Shown piece by piece: positions 18,158 to 27,179 of a DNA stretch of 64,000 bases. The notes beneath the pieces were generated by a model that worked only from the letters and a program-made list of their open reading frames with translations, was not told the origin of the DNA and made no database searches. A program made the position numbers and the translations under genes. This DNA is from a virus. The stretch covers positions 106,949 to 170,948 of IMG/VR virus record IMGVR_UViG_3300035670_000014. One strand, 5' to 3'. Numbering within the stretch: position 1 is the first letter of the stretch; every line of letters starts with the position of its first letter.

Positions 18158-18464
18158 AAGATTTTAATTCTTGCAAAGCAAGATATTCAATAAGACAATT
18201 ATTAACAGACTCGTGGTCTAGTTCTTCATTATCAATCTTAGCTTTATTTATCATAATAAAATCAGGGTCTTGAGTGTCTAAGGTTGCAGCAATGCACCAA
18301 GTATGAATACGTCTTGTATAAACAAAATCGGGGTCAAGAAGTGAAGTCCCTATGTACTCTATATTAATAAAGTCACCAGGATTCACAACATTCTTCTCTA
18401 GAAGAGTAGAGATCTTCTTACTAGAGTATTTAATCAAGTTCTTTATAACATATTCAGGCAGCAT
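18141..18464 (-). CDS. hypothetical protein
   Basis: AAGGA RBS. Confidence 0.6.
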   Translation of the reverse strand: MLPEYVIKNLIKYSSKKISTLLEKNVVNPGDFINIEYIGTSLLDPDFVYTRRIHTWCIAATLDTQDPDFIMINKAKIDNEELDHESVNNCLIEYLALQELKSCGLNL

Positions 18465-19011
18465 TATAAGTCCTTTAGTTGGTTTAGCAAAATAAAATCT
18501 TCTATTTTATGAGTATACACCCATACCCATGGGTAAGCAGAGCTTACCAAGTCACAAAAGGCTAAATAAAACAACAAGTTCCTCGGCGGCGGAATATAAC
18601 AATGTCAATTTTCTACTTCTTCTAGACTAAAATCTACAAGTTAGAAAAACAATCCTTCTATTTTACCTAATAAAGCAACCTACCTAAAACAACCGAAGGT
18701 TGTTTCACCCAGTAACTATAAATCCTACTAACCCTAGATTCTACAAACCTAATTACTACTAACTAACTACACCTAACACATAACGCATAGACATATATGC
18801 AAGTAGCATAAGACAGGTAAAGCAGAGTGCGAAGTGAGTGCAAAGACAGGTCAAGCAAAGTACGAAGTCAGGTCAAGCAGAGTGCATAAGGTAAGCATAA
18901 GATAGTTACAAAGTAGGCATGAAGCAGTTAACCCTCCGCATAAATCCTACTTCCAGACTTCTTATTACTCTGTTTACTATGGTTATAGTGGGTTTAAGAT
19001 TAGTTGTATTT

Positions 19012-19583
19012 GATTTGTCTATGGGGGAATAAACCTATTTTAATATTCTTATTATGGTACTTATAGGTGTATTGAATGATATCAAGTACTTAGCTTATTT
19101 AGTATCTAGAAGATAGATAAACTGTATCTATATTGCCGGCGATTTCCTGTGTGAAATAAAACCTCCTTTCGATTTCCCTATGGGGAAATAAACCTCTTTT
19201 GCTTCTTAAGAAGCCAAGGCTATATGTCTCTTGTGTAATATCAAGGACTTAGCGGAGTTGGGGTATAAGGCCCTCTTAGGAGGTTGGTACAAGTGGGTCA
19301 ATTTCACTATGTAAAAATGAACCACCTTTCGATTTCACTATGTAAAAACAAACCTCTTTTAGGGCCGGCGTAATACAGAATATACCTGATTGTAATAATA
19401 TCAAACACTTACAAACTTAGCCTGCTAGATACATCCTAGACCCATATACATATAGTGTCAATTTCATATAGGAGAAACAAACCACCTTTCCATTTCCCTG
19501 TGGGAAATAAAACCTCTTTAAGGATAAAGAGAGATGAAAGTGAGTCTAGTTGTAAAAGGGCAGGCCAAGGCTATATGTCTCTT
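19012..19583. repeat. Degenerate ~160-bp tandem repeat with paired 30-nt units (ATTTC...AAACC) in a 1.15-kb non-coding region; possible replication origin
   Basis: Units at 19012, 19141, 19171, 19300, 19331, 19460, 19491; ATATCAA-ACTTA boxes near 19079, 19238, 19398. Confidence 0.75.
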
Positions 19584-19631
19584 ATGCTGGTGTAGGCCGG
19601 AGTTTTAAGGCCCCTTTTCAGGGGCCTCGTT

Positions 19632-19850
19632 TCAGGGATCGTATTCCTCAAGGATCCCTTCGATCACTTCGATCCGGTCTCTGGCATCCGCGATGCTTGA
19701 GACGTGCCTGTCGATCTCTTCGTCGAAGAGAGTATGCTCACCTATACCCACTGGGTTTTCGATGATGGCTAGAAGGTTTGATTGTGCTGTAGCCTCTTTT
19801 GCCTTTTCACGCATAAGGGCCGCTTTAAGAAGTGCGATTCCTACTCTCAT
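19632..19850 (-). CDS. small phage hypothetical protein
   Basis: NPVGIGEH motif, GGAG RBS. Confidence 0.7.
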   Translation of the reverse strand: MRVGIALLKAALMREKAKEATAQSNLLAIIENPVGIGEHTLFDEEIDRHVSSIADARDRIEVIEGILEEYDP

Positions 19851-19880
19851 TGTATTCTCCGTTTTGTTGTTAGGGACCAG

Positions 19881-19954
19881 TGACCCCGACAGGAATTGAA
19901 CCTGTGGCCTACGGATTAGGAATCCGTCGCTCTATCCGACTGAGCTACGAGGTC
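19881..19954 (-). tRNA. tRNA-Arg(CCT)
   Basis: GACCTCG/CGGGGTC acceptor, ACGGA-TTCCTAA-TCCGT arm. Confidence 0.9.
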
Positions 19955-20010
19955 AGATAAGAAAAGCCCACTAGGGATAATGACAAAGTCACTAGCTAGT
20001 GGGTCAGATC

Positions 20011-20319
20011 TTACGCAGGCTCAGGTCCCCATTCTGGGCAGTCCATTACTGAACTTGCACCTTCTGGGGTACAGAGTACTACTTCTACCACATCTGTAGA
20101 AGCAACCATGGGCACCATGGGTGCGACCCTGCTACCCTTGTGGCACAAGCCTCTGGCTGCAATGCCATGACATGAGGCAGCGCCTTCCCAATACCATACC
20201 TTGCGCGCATTTGTCAAAGTGCACGTTTTTGATGGCAAGTCAAGTGACACCAGTGTACCTACATGTACACCTGCACGGTTGTCTCGAACGAGAACAACCT
20301 GATTGATCATTGTATCCAT
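20011..20319 (-). CDS. DUF6948-like phage protein, copy 2
   Basis: Near-paralog of 16720-17019 (VLVRDNRAGVHVG...ARKVWYWEGAASCHGIAARG). Confidence 0.7.
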   Translation of the reverse strand: MDTMINQVVLVRDNRAGVHVGTLVSLDLPSKTCTLTNARKVWYWEGAASCHGIAARGLCHKGSRVAPMVPMVASTDVVEVVLCTPEGASSVMDCPEWGPEPA

Positions 20320-20348
20320 GAGAGCACCTTCTAGAAGAAGAAGTAAAC

Positions 20349-20759
20349 TTACGCTGTGTGCGTCAGGTTCTCAGTTGGATAGATTACCTGAGCAACGCGT
20401 TTCCGAACTGTTTGATTGATTGTTGCCTTGACTTCCGGCTTTACTTCCGTTGTCACAGGAACAGCATTGGGAGCAGAAGCCACTGTCTCGGTCTTTGCTG
20501 CCGACTGAGCGATAGTCACTTCAACTGGAGTTGCAGTGGTGCCGCTAGCAGGAGCAGGAGCTGTCCAGTCCCGAGACTGCCTGAAGAGTTTCTTGTTAAA
20601 CTCCCTGAAAGCTGGCAACATCTTCAGGCCGAAGGCCTGGTCGACAATAGCCAACGCAATCGTTACGCCAAATACTACAAAGATGTAGTAGCAGCCAACG
20701 AGGCAAAAGTAAGCGATAGAACCAAAGATAGCTGTCCAGATTGAACCTTCATCTTGCAT
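20349..20759 (-). CDS. membrane protein with Thr/Ala/Pro-rich tail
   Basis: N-terminal hydrophobic segment. Confidence 0.6.
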   Translation of the reverse strand: MQDEGSIWTAIFGSIAYFCLVGCYYIFVVFGVTIALAIVDQAFGLKMLPAFREFNKKLFRQSRDWTAPAPASGTTATPVEVTIAQSAAKTETVASAPNAVPVTTEVKPEVKATINQTVRKRVAQVIYPTENLTHTA

Positions 20760-20944
20760 GGCATTTCTCAGTAGTTAAGGGGGTGATCCCTGTATGGTTG
20801 ATGATACTCGTAACCAGAATGGGAAACTGCAGCAGGGCCACCTGCAAATACCCAAAGAATACTTGCAATGGGAATTAGTATTGCGAAAAGTAATGTGCTC
20901 AAAAGAATGACTGTCAGATTGAGGACAATACTCTGCATTTTCTC

Positions 20945-21370
20945 TTACTTGCGGCGAGAGGATTTACGAGCACTCGGAGTTTCCTCCTTGATACTTTCGA
21001 TTGCTGCACTGAGTGCAGTATCTGGTTCCTCCTGTTGAAGGATCGTAACTCCTCCCTGGGTGGGGAGAATGAAGCACATCTGACTGAATGCAGGAGTACC
21101 CTCCTGATTCACGAAGTGCTCCAAGGTGCGGCGACGCAACTGAAGTGAGCCAGTAACACTGACTCGGGTCGAAACCTGAAGTTCCGAGACTGTCTCGGCA
21201 CTTGGTTCGTCGATGAGCACGTTGAACACGTTAGGTCCATTCAACTCACGAGTGTGAGCTGAAGTGGCCACCTGGATTTCGAGTACCTGCTTCCCCGCAC
21301 GGGTCGCCTTGAGGCGAGGAGCAGCCACGATGTTGCCCTCAATCTGAAACTGGTTGATGTCTCTTGCCAT
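20945..21370 (-). CDS. single-stranded DNA-binding (OB-fold) protein, divergent
   Basis: INQFQIEGNIVAAPRLKATRAGKQV...RVSVTGSLQLR. Confidence 0.7.
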   Translation of the reverse strand: MARDINQFQIEGNIVAAPRLKATRAGKQVLEIQVATSAHTRELNGPNVFNVLIDEPSAETVSELQVSTRVSVTGSLQLRRRTLEHFVNQEGTPAFSQMCFILPTQGGVTILQQEEPDTALSAAIESIKEETPSARKSSRRK

Positions 21371-21467
21371 ACAAATCTCCTAATGCTTGCCCCGTATCTG
21401 GAAATCAGATACTGATAAGAAAGGCATAATAAAGGCCCCGAAGGGGCCTGGGTCACAACAGTGGGAT

Positions 21468-21713
21468 TCACCGCGTGTATAACAGATCAGTCGCGAGTTC
21501 AAACACTCGGTTAAAGTATTCGAGCTGAGACTGGTTGAGTCTACTATAATTTGCAATAGTAAACTCCAGAGGATGCGCATCCGGCGTATATTCAATTTCA
21601 ACATTGAACAACCCAGACTGCAAATCCAGCTTCTTACTCTTGGAAGATAGCATGACCCTACATAAGTTGATCACATCTCCCTCTTCAATGAGCTGTTGTA
21701 TTTTACTCATCAC
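21468..21713 (-). CDS. hypothetical protein
   Basis: Coupled to upstream ORF. Confidence 0.55.
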   Translation of the reverse strand: MMSKIQQLIEEGDVINLCRVMLSSKSKKLDLQSGLFNVEIEYTPDAHPLEFTIANYSRLNQSQLEYFNRVFELATDLLYTR

Positions 21714-22246
21714 ATCCTCTTGAAAGAAACTTCAGCAACAATCTTGTGATTGTCGATGAGATCAGGGATTGAGCACAATTTGCCTAAGTCTAACCAAGTC
21801 TGAATGTTCCCATTAGGGTCACTTTCAAATCCCAGAATCTCACTAGGACCACCCCAAGGAGGAATGGTCCAGGAAGTTACAATGTAACTGTTTCCCTTCT
21901 TCCAAAGAAACTGAGATCCCTTGGCATCGGGATTGACCGGCCCAAGAAGTTTCAACTCACTGAACTTCTCGTTCTGAGTCTTGATCTTGATGATGAACGT
22001 CATCTCATTCAAAACATAGTTTTTGAACTTCTGGAAGAACACACACTGTTCAAACATGTCACTGAATTTGCCATTGATTGCATCAATGACCTCGTACTCG
22101 TCCTGAGCGATGAAGACATGAATCTTCTCATACTCAGTGTGGATTGAGATGCAGTACTCTTTACTTTGAGTACTGTTCCCGAAGCTGTAAGTAGCACCAC
22201 TCTCAGCTAAAACCTTAGCCGTACAAAAGAAAACATCGTTACTCAT
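21710..22246 (-). CDS. hypothetical protein
   Basis: GGAGG RBS, 178 aa. Confidence 0.7.
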   Translation of the reverse strand: MSNDVFFCTAKVLAESGATYSFGNSTQSKEYCISIHTEYEKIHVFIAQDEYEVIDAINGKFSDMFEQCVFFQKFKNYVLNEMTFIIKIKTQNEKFSELKLLGPVNPDAKGSQFLWKKGNSYIVTSWTIPPWGGPSEILGFESDPNGNIQTWLDLGKLCSIPDLIDNHKIVAEVSFKRM

Positions 22247-22410
22247 CTAACCCTCCTAATCTAAAGTAAAAGGAACCAAGATAAAGGCCCCGAAGGGGCC
22301 AAGGTCATTTGTCTCTAATGTCGGAGAGACCCGTGATCAAAAAGCCCCTGAACACAGATAACACCAGTATGGTGCACCTGTGCCCAAGGGCATCACGTCC
22401 CGAGTGGGAC

Positions 22411-22953
22411 TTAGAACGGCAGGGCCTCGTCTTCCGACGAAGTGGCCACCGGCTCCGAAGGAGCCGTGGCCTTGCGGCCCGGTCCCCGACGGGCCGGCTG
22501 GGCTGCCTCGGTGCCTTGCTTCGCGATCAGCGAAGCAAGGTGGCTGAGTTGCTCCGGGGTGAAGTTCATTGCTGAACCACCACCTGAACCCGAGCCGCCA
22601 GTCGAACCCGACCCACCGCGAGCACGCTCTGCACCGCGGGGATCCAGCGTGAGCTGGGTCACCTGCATCTTGAGCGCAACGCCGTCCGTCCCGTCCTTAC
22701 GCTTGAAGGACACGGGCTCCAGCGAAGTAGAGTCCACGGTCAAGAAGTCGCCCTTGTGGACGTAGCGCTTCACTACGTCTGCGAGCGAGTCGCTGTTGAC
22801 GTAACAGTCGTGCTGTGTAGCACGAGTCACTTCCACTCCGTTGGCGTCCTTCCACCGCTTATTGTGGATAAGGCGGAACACCACGGAACCGGAGTCAAGG
22901 ATCTGAGGGTCTGCTGCAACGTTTCCGGTGACGGAATAATTCTGTCGTGACAT
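22411..22953 (-). CDS. ssb: single-stranded DNA-binding protein
   Basis: VTGNVAADP...KRWKDANG...KRYVHKGD...FKRKDG, Gly linker, acidic C-tail EDEALPF; start MSRQNY after GGAGG. Confidence 0.85.
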   Translation of the reverse strand: MSRQNYSVTGNVAADPQILDSGSVVFRLIHNKRWKDANGVEVTRATQHDCYVNSDSLADVVKRYVHKGDFLTVDSTSLEPVSFKRKDGTDGVALKMQVTQLTLDPRGAERARGGSGSTGGSGSGGGSAMNFTPEQLSHLASLIAKQGTEAAQPARRGPGRKATAPSEPVATSSEDEALPF

Positions 22954-23324
22954 GGTGGCACCTCCTGGTGTGTTTGGTAAATGAGCAGGACATGTCAACC
23001 TGCTCACCATAAAGGACCCGAAGGGGCCTTGCGCTAGAAGCCTCGGAATGAAGGCGAAAGGTAGTTGTGTGCACGGCGCTGGGTAATGGACACGGAGCGA
23101 GCGAAGCGAGCGGAGTTCGCCGGCTTACAAGAAAGAACTGAGAAAAAAGCCCCAACTGGGGCTGAGCACCTACTCACGAAGCATTTGCTTGTAGTGAGTA
23201 AGTTCTAGCTGGTGGGCGATCTTTATCCGGCGTATCTTGGTTTCCAGCTTGTCTATGTAGATAGCCAGGCCGGCGTTGCAACCACAGGCAAATACTAAGA
23301 TGATGTCATACATGAACTGGGGCA

Positions 23325-23573
23325 TCATGACTTCACCAGAGCCATGTCCAGGAGCCGCTGGACCTTCTGACGATAGACCTGGCGGTCGTAGTCCTCAACT
23401 GGAATAGACTGCTGAAGATGAGGCGTGTTGGTCAACTCAAAGACCTGAGCCTCCAGGTGATTGATTCGCTCAACAAACCTCATCTTCATTTCCCAGATGT
23501 ACATCCACATGATGATCAACAGGGCAGTCTCAGCAGCGGAAAGGAACATGAGAAAATTTAAACCAGTATCCAT
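23325..23573 (-). CDS. membrane-anchored coiled-coil protein, paralog A
   Basis: TM helix then EMKMRFVERINHLEAQ. Confidence 0.7.
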   Translation of the reverse strand: MDTGLNFLMFLSAAETALLIIMWMYIWEMKMRFVERINHLEAQVFELTNTPHLQQSIPVEDYDRQVYRQKVQRLLDMALVKS

Positions 23574-23616
23574 GGCAATCCTCCTGTTTTAGTCCGGCGA
23601 AATGCCAGACTTGTCA

Positions 23617-23817
23617 TTATAAAGATCCCGAAGGGATCTTGTGCCCTGTAGCTTCTTCATTGATCAGACTCGGCCAAGAAGTACGAGCCAGCTGAGCTTC
23701 AAGGTTGGCAACTCGGTCAGAGTTGCGCATCTTGAGTTCATAGATGTAAAGCCAGAGGATCACAACCATTCCGGTCATGAAGGCAGAGAGTGTCATGTAA
23801 AAGTAAGTAAAGTCCAT
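23617..23817 (-). CDS. membrane-anchored coiled-coil protein, paralog B
   Basis: TM helix then ELKMRNSDRVANLEAQ; same AGGAGGATT leader. Confidence 0.7.
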   Translation of the reverse strand: MDFTYFYMTLSAFMTGMVVILWLYIYELKMRNSDRVANLEAQLARTSWPSLINEEATGHKIPSGSL

Positions 23818-23856
23818 GAGAATCCTCCTGTTTAGTTCAGCGAAATGCTGAACGTG

Positions 23857-24114
23857 TCAGGCCAAAGACCCCGAAGGGGTCTGAGTCCCGCAGTAGTTCA
23901 AATCATGGTTATTAAGAGTAGAGATCAGAGCCACATAAGACACCTGGATGTCAAGCCGGGCTCCGTATCCAAATCTTTGCTCGACGTCACGAATGATTCG
24001 ATGCTCAGCATCACTGCTTGAGCAGCAAACTCTTCCTCTGGCAAGAAAATACTCACTCTCTCCAAGTATTGGAGTCTTGAATACTTTAGCTTCGTAGTAC
24101 CATGGCATTCTCAT
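23857..24114 (-). CDS. hypothetical protein
   Basis: AGGAGGA RBS, downstream of hairpin 24170. Confidence 0.65.
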   Translation of the reverse strand: MRMPWYYEAKVFKTPILGESEYFLARGRVCCSSSDAEHRIIRDVEQRFGYGARLDIQVSYVALISTLNNHDLNYCGTQTPSGSLA

Positions 24115-24568
24115 AAGTCCTCCTGTATTTTGGTTTTACTTGGGGTATCCCAAGTGCAAGATGCAAGTAAAAGATCCCGAAGGGATCTTTGTGCCTTGGA
24201 GCTGTTTACTTTTGAGGATAAAGGTCTCTAATGTCGGAGTGCAAGTTTGAAAAGACGGGGCGTTACGAAAGCCCCTGAACAACGACACTGTTCAATGCGT
24301 GCGCCCGCGCTGGTTTTCAGGCCGGCGTACAAAAGTTTAGTCTTCTTCTAGAAAAAAGAAACCCCATAGTGACCAGCTATGGGGGAATTCACTAAGGATA
24401 CACTAATGTATCAACTCGTGAACTCGGCAGGGAGGGTGTCTGCCTTCTCACCACATAGTCCCCGAAGGGGACTTGTTCCCTTAGCCAGAGATTATCTGTC
24501 TAGTATAAGGGAAATAACTGAAAATGAAAAGCCCCACTAGGGGGCAGAGCGAGATAGATGATGTTCTT

Positions 24569-24808
24569 CTATTCTGTGATTGAAACAGAATCTTCTGACA
24601 CCACCGGCTTGATACCCGAGCGACCTTCTACGATCGCCATAAAGCGACCGAGGAACTGCTCGCTAACACCAAGAGCAGAGATGTACTCTGCTTCAGTGTA
24701 TTCGACGGTAGCCTCTATCTCCAACTTTAAGGACTTATCCAGAATCCCAGCGCCAGGGTTAACGAAGGAAGCCGGAACAAGGGCATTGATTCTGAAAGAA
24801 GACTTCAC
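24569..24808 (-). CDS. hypothetical protein
   Basis: AAGGTG RBS, followed by terminator ~24526-24546. Confidence 0.6.
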   Translation of the reverse strand: MKSSFRINALVPASFVNPGAGILDKSLKLEIEATVEYTEAEYISALGVSEQFLGRFMAIVEGRSGIKPVVSEDSVSITE

Positions 24809-24941
24809 TGTTTCACCTTTTAATTGACTGGGGCGAAATTGCCCAGATGGTTTAATACCCTCGTTGCCATGAGGGCGGAGCCCGATGGTCTGCCTGAGCG
24901 AAGCGAACTACGCCGGCGCCAGTTGAAACTCAACTTCCTGC

Positions 24942-25160
24942 TCAATGATAGTATGAGAAGTAACTCTCATGGAGCAGTGTGCTGAGGCAGACCAGGGACA
25001 ATATGGTCGGTGCCCAGAAGAAACCAATCATCATAAAGTGGTCGAAGTTGTTGATGCTTGAGAAGCCTCGCTTGGCCCCATCAACCTGCTCGTTGGTAAA
25101 GCGAACTGTACACATGATTGACAACCACAAGCTAGCAGCAAATGCAAATACCTGGAACAT
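24942..25160 (-). CDS. small membrane protein
   Basis: Two hydrophobic segments, GAGGTG RBS. Confidence 0.6.
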   Translation of the reverse strand: MFQVFAFAASLWLSIMCTVRFTNEQVDGAKRGFSSINNFDHFMMIGFFWAPTILSLVCLSTLLHESYFSYYH

Positions 25161-25328
25161 AATTCACCTCTAATTTATCAGTAGGAAGAAATAGCCGAAA
25201 TGGCCGGAGAAAATGCTCGGTCACACTATGGGCCCCGAAGGGGCCCTGGAGCCTATGTGTCTTGGATGCAGGATAAGAGCTGAAAATGAGAAGCCCCACG
25301 AAGGGGCAAGAAAATACCATGGACACAG

Positions 25329-25505
25329 CTAAGCGGGTGTTACGACCACTGGCTGCATCTGATAGTACCCATAGCCGACTACACCAAGAAGGTAAGCCTC
25401 GGCTGACTGCTGTGCCTCCTCCAAAGAGGAGGCTTCAATTGCCCACGTCAAGACGAACGGATCGTCCCACGCGGGGCTAAGGTTAAAGTTGGCTCTGAAA
25501 AGCAT
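25329..25505 (-). CDS. hypothetical protein (MLFRANF...)
   Basis: AGGAG RBS, between hairpin 25570 and terminator ~25290. Confidence 0.6.
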   Translation of the reverse strand: MLFRANFNLSPAWDDPFVLTWAIEASSLEEAQQSAEAYLLGVVGYGYYQMQPVVVTPA

Positions 25506-25627
25506 GGCAACTCCTGTGGTGCTTTGCACCCGTGTTTGATCCAGGGAATCCCAGATCTAGTCGACTTATGGGCCCCGAAGGGGCCCTGGAGCCTATATGT
25601 CTAAGACTTAGGGTAAAGCTGGAAATG

Positions 25628-25647
25628 AAAAGCCCCCAGAAGGGGGC
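25628..25647 (-). terminator. intrinsic terminator after MYG1 gene
   Basis: GCCCCC-TTCT-GGGGGC-TTTT on minus strand. Confidence 0.65.
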
Positions 25648-25671
25648 AGGCGGTAGAGTTACCGCAACAGC

Positions 25672-26673
25672 TTAGCGGCCGGTGGCTAGCTTCGCCATTG
25701 CAAGCACACCCTCTCGGGTGGCCGCGCCGGCGATGAAGCGTCCAGGGTGACAGAAGATGGCATCTGCCACTCCAGTCAGAGCCTGAAGCTCCGAGTCACG
25801 CTTCGCTGCCCACTCCTCGGGCAGAGGAAGTCGCTTGTCAAACGACCCCTCCGAGGGAGGAACGCACTGAAGCATCCACTGACCTCTGGGGTCGGGATAG
25901 ACAACGAAGTCTATCCCTGTGGAGGAGTCAGCGTTAGCAGCGATAACTGGTCCTTGCCAGGAGCCGCCACGCTCCAGCACCAGCACGGTTTCGCCCTCAG
26001 CGAGGGCTTCCTGTGCCAGTTCCAGGATGCGGGCACGATCCAGCTCCGCCTTCATAGCGGAGCGAATCTCGGCAGCCAGCAGCGTGCCGGCCAACTCGAC
26101 TGCCCGCTCGAAAGCGGAGTCGAAGTCACCACCGTCCTCGGTGGGGTTCATCGCGCTGATAGCGCGACTCACCGACCAAACGTTGAGGCCCCGAGGAGCT
26201 GCTCCGACGTCTGCAGCGTCCACTGGCTGCACGACCTGTCGGTCGATCAGCTCCCAGACTGCCTCGGTGGCCGGGTCCGTGGTGTGCCCGCAAACCATGG
26301 CGATTGCGGTCCTGCCGAACGCGGCCCATGCCAGCCCGAAGGCTGCATAGGGAGCACCCTCGGGGGTGCCACCTCGACGGCCAGCAGCGTCCGTAGGCCT
26401 CCACTGGTGGTGGTCGAGGTAGTGGAGCGGGCCGGACTGTGCATGGTTGCGCTGCGTTTCATGACGTCCTCCGACGTCAATGACCGCAATCATGCAGCTG
26501 TCCAGGATCTCGGGCTGGCGAGTCCTGACAACAGCCAGACCCTCGCCGCAGTCAAATGCCAGCGCCGCCACGGCGCAGGCAAACGTCTCGTCTGCGTGGA
26601 ACACACCATCGTGTGTTCCGATGTGAGCGGGAGCAATTTTGGCTGCAGTTGTGTCGATGGTATGAATCAGCAT
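25672..26673 (-). CDS. MYG1 (UPF0160) family DHH 3'-5' exonuclease
   Basis: IGTHDGVFHADE, VVRTR, DVGG, LDHHQ, VDAADVG, LPEEW, AIFCHPGRFI. Confidence 0.9.
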   Translation of the reverse strand: MLIHTIDTTAAKIAPAHIGTHDGVFHADETFACAVAALAFDCGEGLAVVRTRQPEILDSCMIAVIDVGGRHETQRNHAQSGPLHYLDHHQWRPTDAAGRRGGTPEGAPYAAFGLAWAAFGRTAIAMVCGHTTDPATEAVWELIDRQVVQPVDAADVGAAPRGLNVWSVSRAISAMNPTEDGGDFDSAFERAVELAGTLLAAEIRSAMKAELDRARILELAQEALAEGETVLVLERGGSWQGPVIAANADSSTGIDFVVYPDPRGQWMLQCVPPSEGSFDKRLPLPEEWAAKRDSELQALTGVADAIFCHPGRFIAGAATREGVLAMAKLATGR

Positions 26674-26790
26674 GACTTCTCCTGTGGCCCAGAGGGCCGG
26701 TTTTGACTCGGGGGAGTCCCGAGTCTGGTCGCCTTATGGCACCCGAAGGGTGCCTGGACTTATAAGTCTCAGATCTAGGCAAGACCTGAG

Positions 26791-26813
26791 AAAGAAAAAG
26801 CCCCTTTCGGGGC
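26791..26813 (-). terminator. intrinsic terminator
   Basis: GCCCC-GAAA-GGGGC-TTTTTCTTT on minus strand. Confidence 0.7.
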
Positions 26814-26819
26814 GGGGGC

Positions 26820-27038
26820 TCAGGAGCTGGGAAGCCCCGGGAGGTTAATTAAGTGGGGACGCTCCGTCAACAACCGGAGCGCGGGCTCATCGCCCATACC
26901 CGGGCGCAGCACTGCCGCGTAGAGGTCCCTCAGCTTTTCGTAGTGTTTCCAGGTGTCCATATCGCGGGTTGTCGACGCGATCCACTTTGCATCATGGTAG
27001 TTGTTATAGCAAATGCTATGGGCCTCGGCTGCTGTCAT
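26820..27038 (-). CDS. hypothetical protein (MTAAEAH...)
   Basis: GGAGGAG RBS, between hairpin 27104 and terminator. Confidence 0.6.
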   Translation of the reverse strand: MTAAEAHSICYNNYHDAKWIASTTRDMDTWKHYEKLRDLYAAVLRPGMGDEPALRLLTERPHLINLPGLPSS

Positions 27039-27160
27039 AACTCCTCCGGTGGCGCCATGCGCCGGTTTTTGACTCAGGGAAATCCTGAGTCTGGTCACAC
27101 TATGGCACCCGAAGGGTGCCTGCAGCCAAAGTCCGTGATATAAGGCAAAAGTTGAGAAAT

Positions 27161-27179
27161 AAAAAACCCCTTTCGGGGT
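27161..27179 (-). terminator. intrinsic terminator
   Basis: ACCCC-GAAA-GGGGT-TTTTT on minus strand. Confidence 0.7.

Noticed and set aside
19012-19520. CRISPR array
   Set aside because: Repeats are degenerate, occur as abutting pairs, and the intervening DNA is ~100 nt and itself repeated; no cas genes in window
25747-26706. 319-aa plus-strand ORF
   Set aside because: Antisense shadow of MYG1
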